From an uncultured Gemmatimonadales bacterium (GTDB taxonomy: Bacteria; Gemmatimonadota; Gemmatimonadetes; Gemmatimonadales; GWC2-71-9): a stretch of 64,000 nucleotides of DNA. Shown here one piece after another: positions 1 to 9,576 of this stretch; within the stretch, counting starts at the first letter, position 1; each line of letters begins with the position of its first letter. The position numbers were made by a program, and so were the translations under genes. Below the pieces are notes generated by a model that was not told the DNA's origin, did not search any database, and saw nothing but the letters and a program-made list of their open reading frames with translations. The stretch spans positions 32,001 through 96,000 of the forward strand of contig CAVSQW010000014.1 in the NCBI GenBank assembly GCA_963730185.1, read 5' to 3'.

Positions 1-369
1 TGGAGCGCCGTGAACGTACAGCGGATCGCGGCGTTGGAGCGGGAGGGCCGGGTGCATCCGGCTGGCCGGACGGCCTTGCAGGCCTGGAAGGGACGCCCCT
101 CGGGCTACAGCTACGAGGAGCGAGACCAGGCCCGGCTGACGCCGGCCCAGGAGAAGGCGTTCCGGGCCGACCGGCAGGCGTGGAAGTACTTCCAAGATCA
201 GGCGCCCTGGTATCGCCGGACGGCCACCTTTTGGGTGGTGAGCGCCAAGAAGGAAGCGACCCGGGAGCGGCGCCTGGCCGCCCTGATCGCTGCGTCGGCC
301 CGGGGCGAGCCGATCAGGCCCCTCAGCCGGAAGAAGCCGGCCTCCGGCCCGGGCCAGCGGTCGCCGTAA
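1..369 (+). CDS. YdeI/OmpD-associated (bacteriocin-protection) family protein, 5' partial
   Basis: WS..N..R...L..EGR...AG and AWKYFQ.QAPWYRR...FWV.SAK.E.TR.RRL patterns; the frame is open from the window edge. Confidence 0.8.
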   Translation, partial: WSAVNVQRIAALEREGRVHPAGRTALQAWKGRPSGYSYEERDQARLTPAQEKAFRADRQAWKYFQDQAPWYRRTATFWVVSAKKEATRERRLAALIAASARGEPIRPLSRKKPASGPGQRSP

Positions 370-427
370 TTCAACGGGTTATGGGCTCTCGGCCTCAGGC
401 CGGCCGCCGCCCCACTATCTTTCCTCC

Positions 428-910
428 ATGTCCTGGCCTGCCGACGACGAGCTCGAAGTGCTGGTGGCCCGGTTCCGCGACCGAAGCCTGCCCGAGCTCG
501 AATGGACCCACCAGGCCCATCTAGCCGTCGGGGCCTGGCACGTCCATCGCCTGGGGCGGCAGGCGATGGACGCGGTTCGCGAAGGGATCCTTCGGCTCAA
601 CGAGGCCCACGGGACCGCCAACACCGACGACGGTGGCTATCACGAGACGATTACCCGGGCCTACCTCGTTCTGATCGCCGCGCACCGCGCCGGGCTCCGC
701 GAGGCCGCGACCTCGGGCGAGCTGGCCCGCTCGGTCCTGGCCGGCCACCTCGCCGCGCGGGATGCCCTGCTGACCCACTATACCCGAGCCCGTCTGATGA
801 GCACGCCGGCGCGACGGGCGTGGCTGGGGCCGGACCTGAGGCCGCTCCCGGCCGAGGCCGGTGTCGACCCGTCCGCCCCCGAGGGGTCAATGGAGCGGAG
901 CGTGGCGTGA
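428..910 (+). CDS. Conserved hypothetical protein (WTHxAHL / GYHETIT motifs)
   Basis: ORF with typical codon bias; His-rich conserved-looking motifs; GTGA overlap with the next gene. Confidence 0.7.
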   Translation: MSWPADDELEVLVARFRDRSLPELEWTHQAHLAVGAWHVHRLGRQAMDAVREGILRLNEAHGTANTDDGGYHETITRAYLVLIAAHRAGLREAATSGELARSVLAGHLAARDALLTHYTRARLMSTPARRAWLGPDLRPLPAEAGVDPSAPEGSMERSVA

Positions 911-3315
911 TCGCGGACACTCGCCGTTCGTGGGGCCGTTGGACCATCCCGCTGCTCGCCCTCCTCGCCGCCTCGACGTCGTCCGCTCTCGCCCAGCAGG
1001 CGGGCGAGGTCCGGATCAGCGGCTACGTCCGCTCGGCGGCCTCCGGCGAGGTGGTGCGCTATGCCCAGCTCTGGGCCGATGCCGGGGGCCCCCGGGTGGA
1101 GAGCAACCAGGACGGATTCTTCGTCCTGGCGCTCGCTCCCGGCCTCCACGTCATCCAGATCCGGGCGGTGGGTTTCGACCCGCTCACCGACACCGTCAAC
1201 GTCCGACAGCCGCTGGTTCGCGATTTCCAGCTCACGCCCCGACCGTTCGAGCTCGACGAGGTGACCGTCTCGGGCCGCAAGGACAGCTCGGACATCGATC
1301 CCGGCACGACCGAGATGAGCACCCTCCGGCTCGACATCAAGACGGTCAAGCTGGTACCGGTGGTGCTGGGGGAGCTCGATCCGATTCGCACGCTCACCCT
1401 CCTGCCCGGGGTGAGCACCATCAGCGATTTTTCCACCGGCTTCAGCGTCCGGGGCGGGAGTGCCGACCAGAACCTCATCCTGCTCGACGAATCGACCATC
1501 TACAACCCGTCGCACGTCTTTGGGTTCTTTTCCGTCTTCAACGGCGACGCCGTGGACGACGCCAAGCTCTACAAGGGTGCCATCCCCGCTCGGTTCGGCG
1601 GCCGGCTCTCGTCGGTGCTCGACATCCGGCAGCGGGAGGGGAACGACCGGGAGTTCGTCGGCAACGCCACGATCGGCCTTCTGTCCAGCCGGCTCTCGGC
1701 CGAAGGTCCGTTGCCGGGGCGGCGCGGGTCCTACCTGGTGGCCGGGCGCCGGACCTACGCCGACCTTTTTCTCAAGCTCTCGAGCAACCCGGACCTGAAC
1801 CAGAACACGGCCTACTTCTACGACCTGAACGCCAAGGGCACGCTGAAGCTCGGCTCGACCGGCACCCTGATGGTGTCGGGCTACTTCGGTCGCGACCGGT
1901 TCAAGGTGAAGGACCGGTTCGGTGCCGGCTGGGGCAACAAGTCCGGTACGCTCCGCTGGAACCAGGCCTTCGGCCAGCGGCTGTTCTCGAAGGCCACCCT
2001 GAGCGTCTCCAGCTACGACTACGGACTCGACTTCCTCGGCACCGGGCGAGACCTCTCCTGGACGTCGCGGATCGGGAGCGCCGACTTGAAGATCGGCGAG
2101 GCCTTGCACCTGACCAACACCAGCACCCTGGAGTTCGGGGGCCAGGTCACCAGCCAGGACATCCGTCCGGGGAGCATCCGGCCAGTCGGCGACTCGCCGG
2201 TCAACCCGCTCGACCTCCAGCCCCGGTACGGGCTGGCGCCGGCGCTCTACCTGAGCCACGACGTCGAGCTCTCGCCCCGGATCTCGCTGAGCTACGGGGT
2301 CCGGTTGGCCGGGTTCGTGCGGCGTGGGGCGGCCACGATCTATCGGTACGCCGACGGCGCCCCAATCGTCTACGACCCGGGGCTCGGTCGCTACGAGCGA
2401 GGCCGGATCGTCGACAGCACTCGCTACGGCGCCGGCGAGACCATCACCCCGTCGTTCGGGCTCGAGCCCCGGGCGTCGGTTCGCCTCGGTCTCAGCCGGA
2501 GCTCCAGCCTCAAGGCGAGCTACACCCGGACCCGCCAGTATCTCCACCTGGTCTCCAACACCAACTCGCCCACCCCGGTGGATATCTGGGAGCCGATCGG
2601 TCCCTACCTGAAGCCCCAGGTGGGCGATCAGGTGGCCCTGGGCTACGCGGGGTCCTGGAACGGCGGGGCCTACGAGCTCTCGGTCGAGGCCTACTACAAA
2701 TGGCTCTCCCGCGTCACCGACTTCATCGACGGCGCCGACATCGCGCTCAACGACCGGCTCGAGACCGAGATGCTCCAGGGAACGGGGCGGGCCTACGGGC
2801 TCGAGATCTACGCCCGCAAGCAGACCGGCCGGCTCACCGGATGGCTGAGCTACACGCTGGGCCGGTCGGAGCGCCGCCTCCAGGGCATCGCGCCCGGTGA
2901 CCCGGGCGTGAACGGCGGCCGGTACTATCCCGCGCCCTACGACAAGACCCACGACCTGTCGGTGGTCGGGCTCTATCCGCTGAGCCGGAAGTGGACCCTC
3001 GGTGCCACCTTCGTGCTGACCAGCGGGTTGCCGGCCACCTATCCGGTTTCGCGGTACCGCTACAACGGCTTGGTGGTGGTGGAGTACGGCCCCCGGAACG
3101 CCGCTCGGCTCCCGATCTACCACCGGCTCGACCTGACCTTTACCCGGCACGCCGGCCGGCATCAGTTGCAGGTCGGGGTCTTCAACCTCTACAACCGCTT
3201 CAACGCCCAGTCGATCTCGTTCCAGCAGTCGGACGCCAATCCGCTCCTGGTCGAGGCCGTCCAGACGTCGATCTTCGGGATCGTGCCCAGTGTCAGCTAC
3301 TCCTTCGCCTTCTGA
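907..3315 (+). CDS. TonB-dependent outer membrane receptor with N-terminal carboxypeptidase-regulatory-like domain
   Basis: Signal peptide, plug motif (LPGV...FSVRGG..DQNLILLD; YKG.IPARFGGRLSSVLDI), C-terminal aromatic beta strand; GTG at 907 overlaps the upstream stop. Confidence 0.92.
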   Translation: MIADTRRSWGRWTIPLLALLAASTSSALAQQAGEVRISGYVRSAASGEVVRYAQLWADAGGPRVESNQDGFFVLALAPGLHVIQIRAVGFDPLTDTVNVRQPLVRDFQLTPRPFELDEVTVSGRKDSSDIDPGTTEMSTLRLDIKTVKLVPVVLGELDPIRTLTLLPGVSTISDFSTGFSVRGGSADQNLILLDESTIYNPSHVFGFFSVFNGDAVDDAKLYKGAIPARFGGRLSSVLDIRQREGNDREFVGNATIGLLSSRLSAEGPLPGRRGSYLVAGRRTYADLFLKLSSNPDLNQNTAYFYDLNAKGTLKLGSTGTLMVSGYFGRDRFKVKDRFGAGWGNKSGTLRWNQAFGQRLFSKATLSVSSYDYGLDFLGTGRDLSWTSRIGSADLKIGEALHLTNTSTLEFGGQVTSQDIRPGSIRPVGDSPVNPLDLQPRYGLAPALYLSHDVELSPRISLSYGVRLAGFVRRGAATIYRYADGAPIVYDPGLGRYERGRIVDSTRYGAGETITPSFGLEPRASVRLGLSRSSSLKASYTRTRQYLHLVSNTNSPTPVDIWEPIGPYLKPQVGDQVALGYAGSWNGGAYELSVEAYYKWLSRVTDFIDGADIALNDRLETEMLQGTGRAYGLEIYARKQTGRLTGWLSYTLGRSERRLQGIAPGDPGVNGGRYYPAPYDKTHDLSVVGLYPLSRKWTLGATFVLTSGLPATYPVSRYRYNGLVVVEYGPRNAARLPIYHRLDLTFTRHAGRHQLQVGVFNLYNRFNAQSISFQQSDANPLLVEAVQTSIFGIVPSVSYSFAF

Positions 3316-4168
3316 GCGTCGGCGGCGGATCGCCGGCGCCCTGGCGCTCGGGGCGATCCTCCTGGGGACCGGGTGCACTCGGGTCGTGGACGTCTCGGTC
3401 GACGAAGGCCCGACCCTGCTCGTGGTCGAAGGGCGGATCGAGCTGGGCGATTCCCTGCAGCGGGTCCGACTGACCACCACCGACCTCTTCTCCAGCCCGA
3501 ATCTGCCGCCCGCGGTGACCGATGCCACCGTCCGGGTCACCGACGACGAGGGACTCCGGAGCGGCTTCGCGCCCGATCCCCTCGATCCCGGCGTCTACGT
3601 CTCTCGGCTCCGCCCCCTGCCCGGCGCGACCTATACCCTGACGATCGACTATCACGGCGAGCGCTACCAGGCCGTGAGCACGCTGGTGACCGGTCCACCC
3701 ATCGACTCACTCTATTTCGTGTACCAGGACCAGGGAATCGCCCAGGGCGATTCGGGGTTCCGGGCGGCGATCGACTACACCGACCCGGCCGGGGTGAGCA
3801 ACTACTACCTCTGGGAGCTGTACGTCGACGGGGTCCAGCGGGTCAAGGTCGATCCCGGAAACCGCTTCCGGGTGATCAGCAAGGACGAGTTCTACGACGG
3901 GGGACGGGTGATCGGCTACCAGCCGTTCGACGAGGAGGTCGTCGACCCGGGGCAGCAGGTGCTGCTCCGGCAGGTGGCCATCTCCGAGGACGTCTACCGC
4001 TACCTCTTTGCCCTCTACGAACAGACCCAGGGGGGAGGGCCCTTCTCCACTCCGCCGGCCTCCCTCCGCGGCAACGTGGCCAACCTCACCGACCCATCCC
4101 ACCCGGCGTTGGGATACTTCTACGCCGGGGACGTCTCGGAGCGGACCGCCACGGTGCCGGCCCGCTGA
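3290..4168 (+). CDS. DUF4249 family lipoprotein (TonB-receptor partner)
   Basis: Lipobox LGTGC, LVVEG, DPAG..NYY and GNV.N....ALGYF motifs; start position approximate. Confidence 0.82.
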   Translation: MSATPSPSERRRRIAGALALGAILLGTGCTRVVDVSVDEGPTLLVVEGRIELGDSLQRVRLTTTDLFSSPNLPPAVTDATVRVTDDEGLRSGFAPDPLDPGVYVSRLRPLPGATYTLTIDYHGERYQAVSTLVTGPPIDSLYFVYQDQGIAQGDSGFRAAIDYTDPAGVSNYYLWELYVDGVQRVKVDPGNRFRVISKDEFYDGGRVIGYQPFDEEVVDPGQQVLLRQVAISEDVYRYLFALYEQTQGGGPFSTPPASLRGNVANLTDPSHPALGYFYAGDVSERTATVPAR

Positions 4169-4192
4169 GCGCGGACCGGCGCCGAGGCCCGC

Positions 4193-4627
4193 CTAACGCT
4201 CCAACCCGACCAGGACGGTCCGGCCGGTGGTCGCGGCCTGCTCGGCCGCCCGGGCGAAGGCGTCCCGCATTGCCGTCTGGCCTTCGGCCAGCGCCACGTA
4301 GAAGTCGGGCTCGAGCGTCGAGGCACTGGTCCCACTCGCGGCCGCGCAGGTGACCTTGATCGACATCGGGGTGTAGATCCCGAAGGTCAGGAAGCCGACC
4401 AGCCCATTGACGAAGCTCTGCTGGGTCTCGACCCGGGCGATCCCGCCGGGGCACTGTGACGCGGTCGACACGGTTTCGGGCGGAACCAGACCGTAAACCC
4501 AGGCCGACGCAAACGGCTTCTCGATGGTGACCGTGGATGGGGTGGCCCCCGTTTCGATGGTGGCGTGGAAGCACCCGCCGGAGAGAAGAAGGAATCCTGC
4601 CAGGGCCAACCGGGTCGTTGCTGCCAT
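4193..4627 (-). CDS. Bor/Iss-like lipoprotein with C-terminal extension
   Basis: Lipobox SGGC, then GLV...CP.G.A.VET.QSF.NGL...LT.GIYTP...V.C; GGAGG SD before ATG 4627. Confidence 0.75.
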   Translation of the reverse strand: MAATTRLALAGFLLLSGGCFHATIETGATPSTVTIEKPFASAWVYGLVPPETVSTASQCPGGIARVETQQSFVNGLVGFLTFGIYTPMSIKVTCAAASGTSASTLEPDFYVALAEGQTAMRDAFARAAEQAATTGRTVLVGLER

Positions 4628-4827
4628 GTCGCCTCCTGGGTGGGGTCGAGAGCGCCAGATTGGCGTCTTGCGGTGCGATCCGGCCGCCGGCGAGGCAAAT
4701 CCAATGCCATCGCCGGCAACATCCATAAACCGGTGTGGCGTAACCTATCCGCCACCGGGCCGGCTCGCCATCCGGCGGGGGAGTGTCCGACTTCGAGGAC
4801 AGCCTGTCCCCGACGGGAGACATTCCC

Positions 4828-5409
4828 TCAGGCCGCCGGCGGCTCCGTCGAACCGTGGGCCTTGAGGACCTGGTCGTGGGCCGCCGGTCGCTCGAATCGG
4901 GGAGCGGCGTTGTAGGCCTCCGACTGGCCGGGCGGGATGCTCAGGTGTTGCCAGTCACTTCCCCGGCCGGTCTTGGCCAGATACACGATCTGGCCGACGT
5001 GGTAGGCCACGTGGGCCAGCGATCGATGCAGTGCCTCGTGGACCAGGAGCCCCTGCCGGCGGATGGTCACGGTCCTGGTGAGGTCGGCGTCGTCGAGGGT
5101 GGCGAGCGTCCGGAGCAGCACGGCCCAGCCGTGCTCCCACTTCTCCAGCAGCTGGGTTCGGGTCACCGGCCGCGGGGCGAACTCCCCCTCGCGGTGCCGC
5201 CACGGCTTTTCCCCGTCGCTGGTCAGGAAGTCGGTGAACCGCGACGCCAGGTTGCCCGAGAGGTGCCAGACCAGGACCGCGATGGAGTTGGCGGTCGGGA
5301 CCGGCGCCGTCGTCAGGGCGGCGTCGTCGAGTTGGGCCATCGCGGCCTCGCCGAGAGCCCGATAGCGGAGATACTCGGCCCGGATCGAGCCGACGATCGA
5401 GGTGGTCAC
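4828..5409 (-). CDS. DUF1572 / DinB-superfamily protein
   Basis: NSIA.LV.HLSGN..SR.TDFL.SDGEKPWR.R..EF and H.AYHVGQIV motifs. Confidence 0.88.
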   Translation of the reverse strand: MTTSIVGSIRAEYLRYRALGEAAMAQLDDAALTTAPVPTANSIAVLVWHLSGNLASRFTDFLTSDGEKPWRHREGEFAPRPVTRTQLLEKWEHGWAVLLRTLATLDDADLTRTVTIRRQGLLVHEALHRSLAHVAYHVGQIVYLAKTGRGSDWQHLSIPPGQSEAYNAAPRFERPAAHDQVLKAHGSTEPPAA

Positions 5410-5412
5410 GCG

Positions 5413-5952
5413 CTACCTCCTTTCGACCAGCGCATGGAGCTTGAGCATGGTGGACCAGTTGCGGCTGGTGACGGCGCTACGAAGGGTCCGCTCCACCGCC
5501 TTGGCGAGCGGACTGTCGGTGATGCTCTCCGGGCACCAGAGGTAGGCCACCCGCCGTCCCAGCGCGATCGCCTCCGGCGACCAGTCCTGGCGGGCCAGCG
5601 GCTCGAGCGCGGCGCGATCGGCGGATCGGGCCGGCACCGCGACCAGGAGCCGGCTGGGATTGGTGGCCACTTTCGCAAGCGGGTTCGCCGCGACCGCGCC
5701 GGCCACGTCGGCCGCCGAGAGGATCGTGACCCGGCTGGATACGCCGAGCCCCTGCTCGATCGCCCGCTCGAGGCGGGCGGCGTGGTCGCCCCCCAGACCG
5801 GCCGGCGCGTCGAACACCACATTGCCGGTGGCGAGCAGGGTCCGGACGTCGGTATAGCCCAAGTTGGTGACGAGCGCTCGGAGGTCGGTCATGCCGATCC
5901 GCTTGGCGCGGCCGACGTTGATGCCGCGGAGGAGGGCCACGTGGCGGCCCAC
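5413..5952 (-). CDS. DUF1697 family protein
   Basis: VALLRGINVG, V.T...GNVVF, T.RNW.T..KL. Confidence 0.9.
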   Translation of the reverse strand: MGRHVALLRGINVGRAKRIGMTDLRALVTNLGYTDVRTLLATGNVVFDAPAGLGGDHAARLERAIEQGLGVSSRVTILSAADVAGAVAANPLAKVATNPSRLLVAVPARSADRAALEPLARQDWSPEAIALGRRVAYLWCPESITDSPLAKAVERTLRSAVTSRNWSTMLKLHALVERR

Positions 5953-5956
5953 CGGG

Positions 5957-6460
5957 TCAGCCTCCCCCGCCGGCGCCCGGCGATCGCAGCCGGAAGTCGG
6001 TCGTGAGACCGGTGCCGTTCCGATTGCCGGCGCGGGAGCTCAGGGTGTAGGCGGTGTCGGTGACCAGCCGGAGCGCCCGCTGGTCGAACAGGAGCCGTGG
6101 CGTGCGGAGGGTGTCGCCGATCGGGGTGATGGCGGTAACGCCGCCGGAGAGCTGCACCGAATCGCCCCCGATCCGGAGCTCGCCGCGAGGGGCCGTCAGG
6201 GTCGAGACCAGCTGGCCGTCGGCCGAGAACGCGCTCAGCCGGATCTGGCGGAGATCGGCGCTGAGCGTACTCTGCGCGACGAAAACGGAGTCGGCGGTAA
6301 TCACTCCCCGGCGGCCGCCGTCGTGGGTCAGGGCATAGCTGGCGCCGAGGATCACCTGGTCGGCCCGGGCGGCGGTTGGATTGGCCGAATCGACCGGCGC
6401 GCCGACGCAGGCGGCGAGTACGCCGGCCAGCACCATCGACACGCGGCCGGGCGCGGTCAC
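5957..6460 (-). CDS. LptC-like beta-jellyroll lipoprotein
   Basis: Lipobox LAAC; ADS..V, LTA..G, V.L.G.V......GDTL.T..L..D, G.G..TD pattern typical of LptC. Confidence 0.6.
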   Translation of the reverse strand: MTAPGRVSMVLAGVLAACVGAPVDSANPTAARADQVILGASYALTHDGGRRGVITADSVFVAQSTLSADLRQIRLSAFSADGQLVSTLTAPRGELRIGGDSVQLSGGVTAITPIGDTLRTPRLLFDQRALRLVTDTAYTLSSRAGNRNGTGLTTDFRLRSPGAGGGG

Positions 6461-6540
6461 CCGCGGGGCTCGGCCGGGGTCGGGGTCGAGGTCGTCCCCA
6501 GGGTGGCGGTTCCCGCTCCGATCTCGATTCGTCGTGGCAT
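6457..6540 (-). CDS. Possible 27-aa small ORF coupled to the lptC-like gene (or its frameshifted N-terminus)
   Basis: GGAG SD, ATG 6540, MPRRIEIGAGTATLGTTSTPTPAEPRG, TGA overlapping the GTG of the next gene. Confidence 0.35.
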   Translation of the reverse strand: MPRRIEIGAGTATLGTTSTPTPAEPRG

Positions 6541-6672
6541 TGGCGTGCTCCAGGCTCCGTCCTGGCTGGAAGGTAGAGGTGCCGCGATCCCGCAGCCAGA
6601 GCGCGCGAGCGACGGTCTCGACGGCGGGCAGGTGGGCGAGGCCGAGGACTGCGCTTCGGACCCGGATCGAAT

Positions 6673-7914
6673 TCAGTCGGCCCGGCGGAACACGAGGGCG
6701 GCGTTGATCCCGCCGAACCCGAACGAGTTGCTGAGCATGAACTCGGGGTCCGCGTCGGCGCCCTCGCCGGGCGAGAAGTCGAGGTCGCAGGCGGGGTCGG
6801 GCTCGGCCAGGTTGACCGTCGGCGGGAACCACTGTCGCGACGAGGCCAGGGCGCAGATGGCGGCCTCGAAGGCACCGCTCGCCCCGAGGGCATGCCCGTA
6901 GTACCCCTTGGTGCCGCTGATCCTCACCCGGGTGGCATAGTCCTGGAAGACGGTCTTGATGGCCAGCGTCTCGGTCGGGTCGTTGAGCGAGGTCGACGAT
7001 CCGTGGGCGTTGATGTAGCCCACCTCGGTCGGCCCGAGGTGCGCTCTCCGGAGTGCCATCGCCATGGCGCGGGCCGCCTGCCGCCCGCCGGGCAGCGGAG
7101 CGGCCATGTGGTAGGCGTCGTTGGTCTGGCCATAACCCACCACCTCGGCGTAGATCTTGGCGCCCCGGGCCACGGCCCGGCTCCGCTCTTCCAGCACCAG
7201 CACGGCGCCGCCCTCTCCCATCACGAACCCGTCACGATCGCGGTCGAAGGGGCGGCTGGCGGTGCCGGGGTCGTCGTTCCGGGTGGACATCGCTCGGATC
7301 AGGGCAAAGGCACCGAAGGTGAGCGGCGCCAGCGGCGCCTCCGACCCGCCGGCCAGCATCAGGTCGGCTTCGTCGCGCTGGATGGTCCGGAAGGCCTCGC
7401 CGACCGCGATCGCCCCGGACGCGCAGCTCATGCCGTTGGTCATGTTCGGGCCGGTGATCCCGAAGTCCATCGCCAGGTTGGCGCTCGAGGCGCCGGCGAA
7501 CACGGTCAAGGCCACGCCGGGATCGACGGTCCGAATCCCGCCTTGGAGATAGCGGGTGTGCTGCTCCTCGCCGAGCGCGACGCCTCCCAGGGCGGTCCCC
7601 ATCATCACCCCGACCCGGTCGCGGTCCTCGTGGGTCAGGTCGAGCGCCGCGTCGTCGAGCGCCATGGTGCCGGCGGAGAGCGAGAACTGCGAGCAGCGAT
7701 CGAGGCGCTTGGCCCGCCGAGCACCCAGGAACTCGACCGGATTGAAGTCGTTGACCTCGGCCGCGATCCGGCTCCGGAAGGGCTCGGGGTCGAACCGGGT
7801 GATCGGGCCGACGGTCGACTTCCGGGCGCGAAGTCCCTCCCAGAGGCCCTCGACGCCCACGCCGATCGGCGTCACGGCGCCGATCCCGGTGATCACCACC
7901 CGCCGCTCAGTCAC
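6673..7914 (-). CDS. fabF: Beta-ketoacyl-ACP synthase II-like ketosynthase (FabF/KS-alpha family)
   Basis: RRVVITGIG, catalytic SCASG, INAHG and GHALGA (Cys-His-His triad), C-terminal SNSFGFGG.NA. Confidence 0.9.
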   Translation of the reverse strand: MTERRVVITGIGAVTPIGVGVEGLWEGLRARKSTVGPITRFDPEPFRSRIAAEVNDFNPVEFLGARRAKRLDRCSQFSLSAGTMALDDAALDLTHEDRDRVGVMMGTALGGVALGEEQHTRYLQGGIRTVDPGVALTVFAGASSANLAMDFGITGPNMTNGMSCASGAIAVGEAFRTIQRDEADLMLAGGSEAPLAPLTFGAFALIRAMSTRNDDPGTASRPFDRDRDGFVMGEGGAVLVLEERSRAVARGAKIYAEVVGYGQTNDAYHMAAPLPGGRQAARAMAMALRRAHLGPTEVGYINAHGSSTSLNDPTETLAIKTVFQDYATRVRISGTKGYYGHALGASGAFEAAICALASSRQWFPPTVNLAEPDPACDLDFSPGEGADADPEFMLSNSFGFGGINAALVFRRAD

Positions 7915-8371
7915 GGCTCGCCTCCGCGTAGCGCTTGATGCCGGCCAGCGTACGGGACGCAATGCCGTGGACGAAGACCGGGCCGATCACCCACTCCGCC
8001 GCGGGGCGGCGGATCAGCGGCCACGCCGGGCCGTCCCAGTCGTGAATCAGCTCGACGTGGGTTCCCCCGTCGTTCGCGGTGAGCCGCCAGACCACGTCCA
8101 TGCCTCGGGTGACGCCCCGGATGTGCCGGTACCGGACCTCGCGCGCCGGCCGGTCTACGACCATCTCCGACACCCACCAGGTCGGATACCGGACCGGGCC
8201 GAACGGCCGCCAGGCCGCCATCTCGACCACGCCTTCGACCGGGCTGGTACGGTCCAGGATCTTCACCCAGCGATAGTGGGCCAGCAGTGCCGGCCAACGC
8301 TCCACCTCGGCCGCCAGCGGAAAGACCCGCTCCGGCGGCGCGGCGATCTCGATCTCGTCGACAATTCGCAT
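7907..8371 (-). CDS. SRPBCC/START-fold polyketide cyclase/aromatase-like protein
   Basis: I.I.APPERVF.LA..VERWP..L.HYRWV, W.S, Y.H..G.T.GM.V.W; ATG overlaps the upstream stop. Confidence 0.85.
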   Translation of the reverse strand: MRIVDEIEIAAPPERVFPLAAEVERWPALLAHYRWVKILDRTSPVEGVVEMAAWRPFGPVRYPTWWVSEMVVDRPAREVRYRHIRGVTRGMDVVWRLTANDGGTHVELIHDWDGPAWPLIRRPAAEWVIGPVFVHGIASRTLAGIKRYAEASRD

Positions 8372-9090
8372 CACCCGTCCGTCCGCCAATAGGCCACGAC
8401 CCGGGCCAGGGGGCGCTTCATGACCGTCGCCTCGATGCCCTGGTGCGCCAGGAGGCGGGCCAGCCCTTCGGCGCGAAAGCCCCGCCGTATGGAGATCACG
8501 CCGTCCTCTCGAGTTGCTCGATCGAACCCAAGGACAATCGAAGCCGCCCGATAGCCCCATGCCGCCGGTTCCGACGGGCGGAGGTCCGCGATGACGACCC
8601 CCAGGCGCGACACCCGCGTTGCCTCGCGGGCCAGGGCGCCGACCCCGTCGGGACAGAGGTGGTGGGCCACTTGGCTCGCCACGGTGACGTCCACGGAGCG
8701 ATCGCGGAGCGGCAGCCGGAGCCCATCCGCGAGCACCGTCCGGAGACCCTGTCCCGACGCGGCGCGGGCGACGACCGGGTGTCGCTCGATGCCGAGCCAG
8801 TCGACCGCGACGCCCCGGGCTCCGAGCCAGGTACGAACCGCGGCCGGGATGTCGCCGAGACCGGGGCCGATGTCCAGGAGGCGGAGCCGGGCCGGCGGCG
8901 GGCACCGGTCCAGGAGCGCTCCGAGCCCGAACCGGACCGCGGCCGTCCCGCCGAAGAGCCGGTTGGCCCGGCCGATGTTCCGGATCGAGCGGAGCACCTG
9001 CGCCGGCGGGGCGTCGAGATCGTCGAGCAGCTCCTGGCCGGGGGGTGGGGGCGCCGTGGTCGGGGAGGGCAGGGATTTCTCGTCGCTCAG
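8371..9090 (-). CDS. Class I SAM-dependent methyltransferase (type often linked to type III PKS loci)
   Basis: ELLDD...I.R.NR.FGG N-terminus, LLDIG.G.GDI SAM motif, D....S..AHH, DG..SI.R.F; no clear ATG/GTG start, so the 5' end is approximate. Confidence 0.82.
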   Translation of the reverse strand: MSDEKSLPSPTTAPPPPGQELLDDLDAPPAQVLRSIRNIGRANRLFGGTAAVRFGLGALLDRCPPPARLRLLDIGPGLGDIPAAVRTWLGARGVAVDWLGIERHPVVARAASGQGLRTVLADGLRLPLRDRSVDVTVASQVAHHLCPDGVGALAREATRVSRLGVVIADLRPSEPAAWGYRAASIVLGFDRATREDGVISIRRGFRAEGLARLLAHQGIEATVMKRPLARVVAYWRTDG

Positions 9091-9563
9091 GCGAGGTAGT
9101 GGTAGCCGCCGCGGAAGTAGAGGAGCGGGCGGCCGTCGTGCACGCTGCCGCCCACCACCCGGCCGACGACCACGGTGTGGTCGCCGGCCTCGAACAAGGC
9201 GTGCCGCTCGCATTCCAGGGCGGCGATCACCCCGTCCAGCACGATCCGCCCGCCTTCCGTCCGGCGGTAGCCCACGCCGTCGAATCGCCGACGGGCGGGC
9301 CCGGCGAACCGCCGCGACAGCGCCTCCTGGTTGGTCTCGAGCACGTTGATCGCGAAGGTGTCCGCCTGCGAGATCAGCTCGTGGAACTCGGAGGCGTGGT
9401 CGATGTTGACCGAGACGAGCGGCGGGTCGAGCGACACCGAGGTGAAGCTGTTGGCGGTCATCCCCGCCGGCGAGCCGTCGCCGGCGACGGTGGTGACGAC
9501 CACCACCCCGGTGGCGTAGCGGCCGCAGAGCTGCCGGAACTGGGACGAGTCGACGTCGCTCAT
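9087..9563 (-). CDS. Flavin reductase-like protein (HpaC/NtaB family)
   Basis: ATGV.VVT, GMTANSFTSVSLDPPLV, GDH, PLLYFRG.Y. Confidence 0.92.
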   Translation of the reverse strand: MSDVDSSQFRQLCGRYATGVVVVTTVAGDGSPAGMTANSFTSVSLDPPLVSVNIDHASEFHELISQADTFAINVLETNQEALSRRFAGPARRRFDGVGYRRTEGGRIVLDGVIAALECERHALFEAGDHTVVVGRVVGGSVHDGRPLLYFRGGYHYLA

Positions 9564-9576
9564 GAATCCCCGTCGG

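Noticed and set aside
6673..7914. Canonical type II PKS or housekeeping fab operon
   Set aside because: No chain-length factor, ACP, fabD or fabG adjacent; kept instead as an atypical cluster
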